A stretch of DNA of 40,649 nt, from NCBI GenBank assembly GCA_016201685.1, contig JACQCJ010000008.1, positions 1 to 40,649 on the forward strand. Reading direction: 5' to 3'. Shown one piece after another: positions 40,415 to 40,649 of this stretch. This DNA is from Candidatus Peregrinibacteria bacterium. Its GTDB lineage: Bacteria; Patescibacteriota; Gracilibacteria; Peribacterales; Peribacteraceae. The notes under the pieces are model-generated. The model did no database searches. It worked only from the letters and a program-made list of their open reading frames with translations, and had not been told where the DNA came from. A program made the position numbers and the translations under genes. The first letter of the stretch is position 1. The number at the start of each line of letters is the position of its first letter.

Positions 40415-40649
40415 CTGACAGAAGCCTTTTTGAAGTAGTCGATGACTGAACCTGCATCACGCTGTTTTCGCATCATGAAGGATCGAATGGCGTGTTTCAT
40501 CTCCATGAGCGGTGAACGGGGTGGCGGTCAAGAATGACGAATGGTTTTCTCTTGCGGTGTTTGACCAAGCGTTTGAGAAAATCGATGCAGAGCGGCGCAG
40601 TGAACGTGCGATCGTAGAGCATGAATCGCAGCTCCCCCTTGTTCGTGAG
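40402..40649 (-). mobile_element. IS630-family (DDE_3) transposase remnant, frameshifted and internally deleted; continues beyond the window
   Basis: The minus strand reads LTNKGELRFMLYDRTFTAPLCIDFLKRLVKHRKRKPFVILDRHPVHRS, then a stop at 40497-40499. Another frame (40402-40506) gives MEMKHAIRSFMMRKQRDAGSVIDYFKKASVSYAA*, resembling the usual IS630 C-terminus. The segment that should carry the catalytic Glu (NP.E) is missing. Confidence 0.7.

Noticed and set aside
1-40649. An alternative genetic code with TGA recoded, as in some candidate phyla.
   Set aside because: TGA ends several conserved proteins at their expected C-termini (glmS, rpsT, the kinase and the hybrid kinase via ATGA overlaps). 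No conserved gene needs read-through of an in-frame TGA.
1-40649. tRNA, rRNA, tmRNA, RNase P or SRP RNA genes in the intergenic regions.
   Set aside because: I found no cloverleaf-compatible sequence (no GTTCRANYC T-loop with matching acceptor stems) and no rRNA-like stretch by eye. tRNAscan-SE and Infernal would be needed to exclude small RNAs formally.

Overview
This 40.6-kb window is a compact bacterial chromosome segment that uses the standard genetic code: TGA ends conserved proteins, and there are several ATGA start/stop overlaps.

**Housekeeping genes.** The recognisable ones are murD (3' part), grpE, tyrS, rluD, a class B penicillin-binding protein, glmS, rpsT, ruvX/yqgF and recA. They alternate with large ORFs I cannot place in any family.

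**Likely origin.** Giant ORFans, a protein that fuses sigma-70 region 4 to HARE-HTH modules, and weak Shine-Dalgarno signals suggest an uncultivated lineage, possibly CPR/Patescibacteria-like. This is inference only.

**Accessory content.**
- A translationally coupled operon on the minus strand (1257-7922). It encodes a divergent SF2 helicase-like ATPase followed by two tandem ~715-aa paralogs built only of HTH-like modules. A PRMT-like methyltransferase is transcribed divergently from it.
- A yefM-yoeB toxin-antitoxin pair inside an islet that looks lower in GC by eye.
- A three-gene operon ending in a 1804-aa membrane ORFan.
- A four-gene phosphorelay (multi-PAS kinase, REC, REC-kinase hybrid, REC) with no output domain.
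- A NYN-domain gene bracketed by 20-bp direct repeats.
- A Nudix gene truncated by a decayed IS630-family transposase remnant.

**Main non-genic signal.** A family of GC-rich double-hairpin palindromic elements of about 90-150 bp has at least four copies. Two copies sit in frame inside murD and glmS, in the manner of Rickettsia palindromic elements.

**Other signals.**
- Three long word-repeat hairpins in intergenic regions.
- A diverged duplicate of the glmS 3' end.
- A 5-bp tandem duplication that frameshifts a nitroreductase.
- A C9 homopolymer that splits a small ORF.
- A (CT)10(CA)4 microsatellite in the kinase leader.

I found no rRNA, tRNA or CRISPR array.
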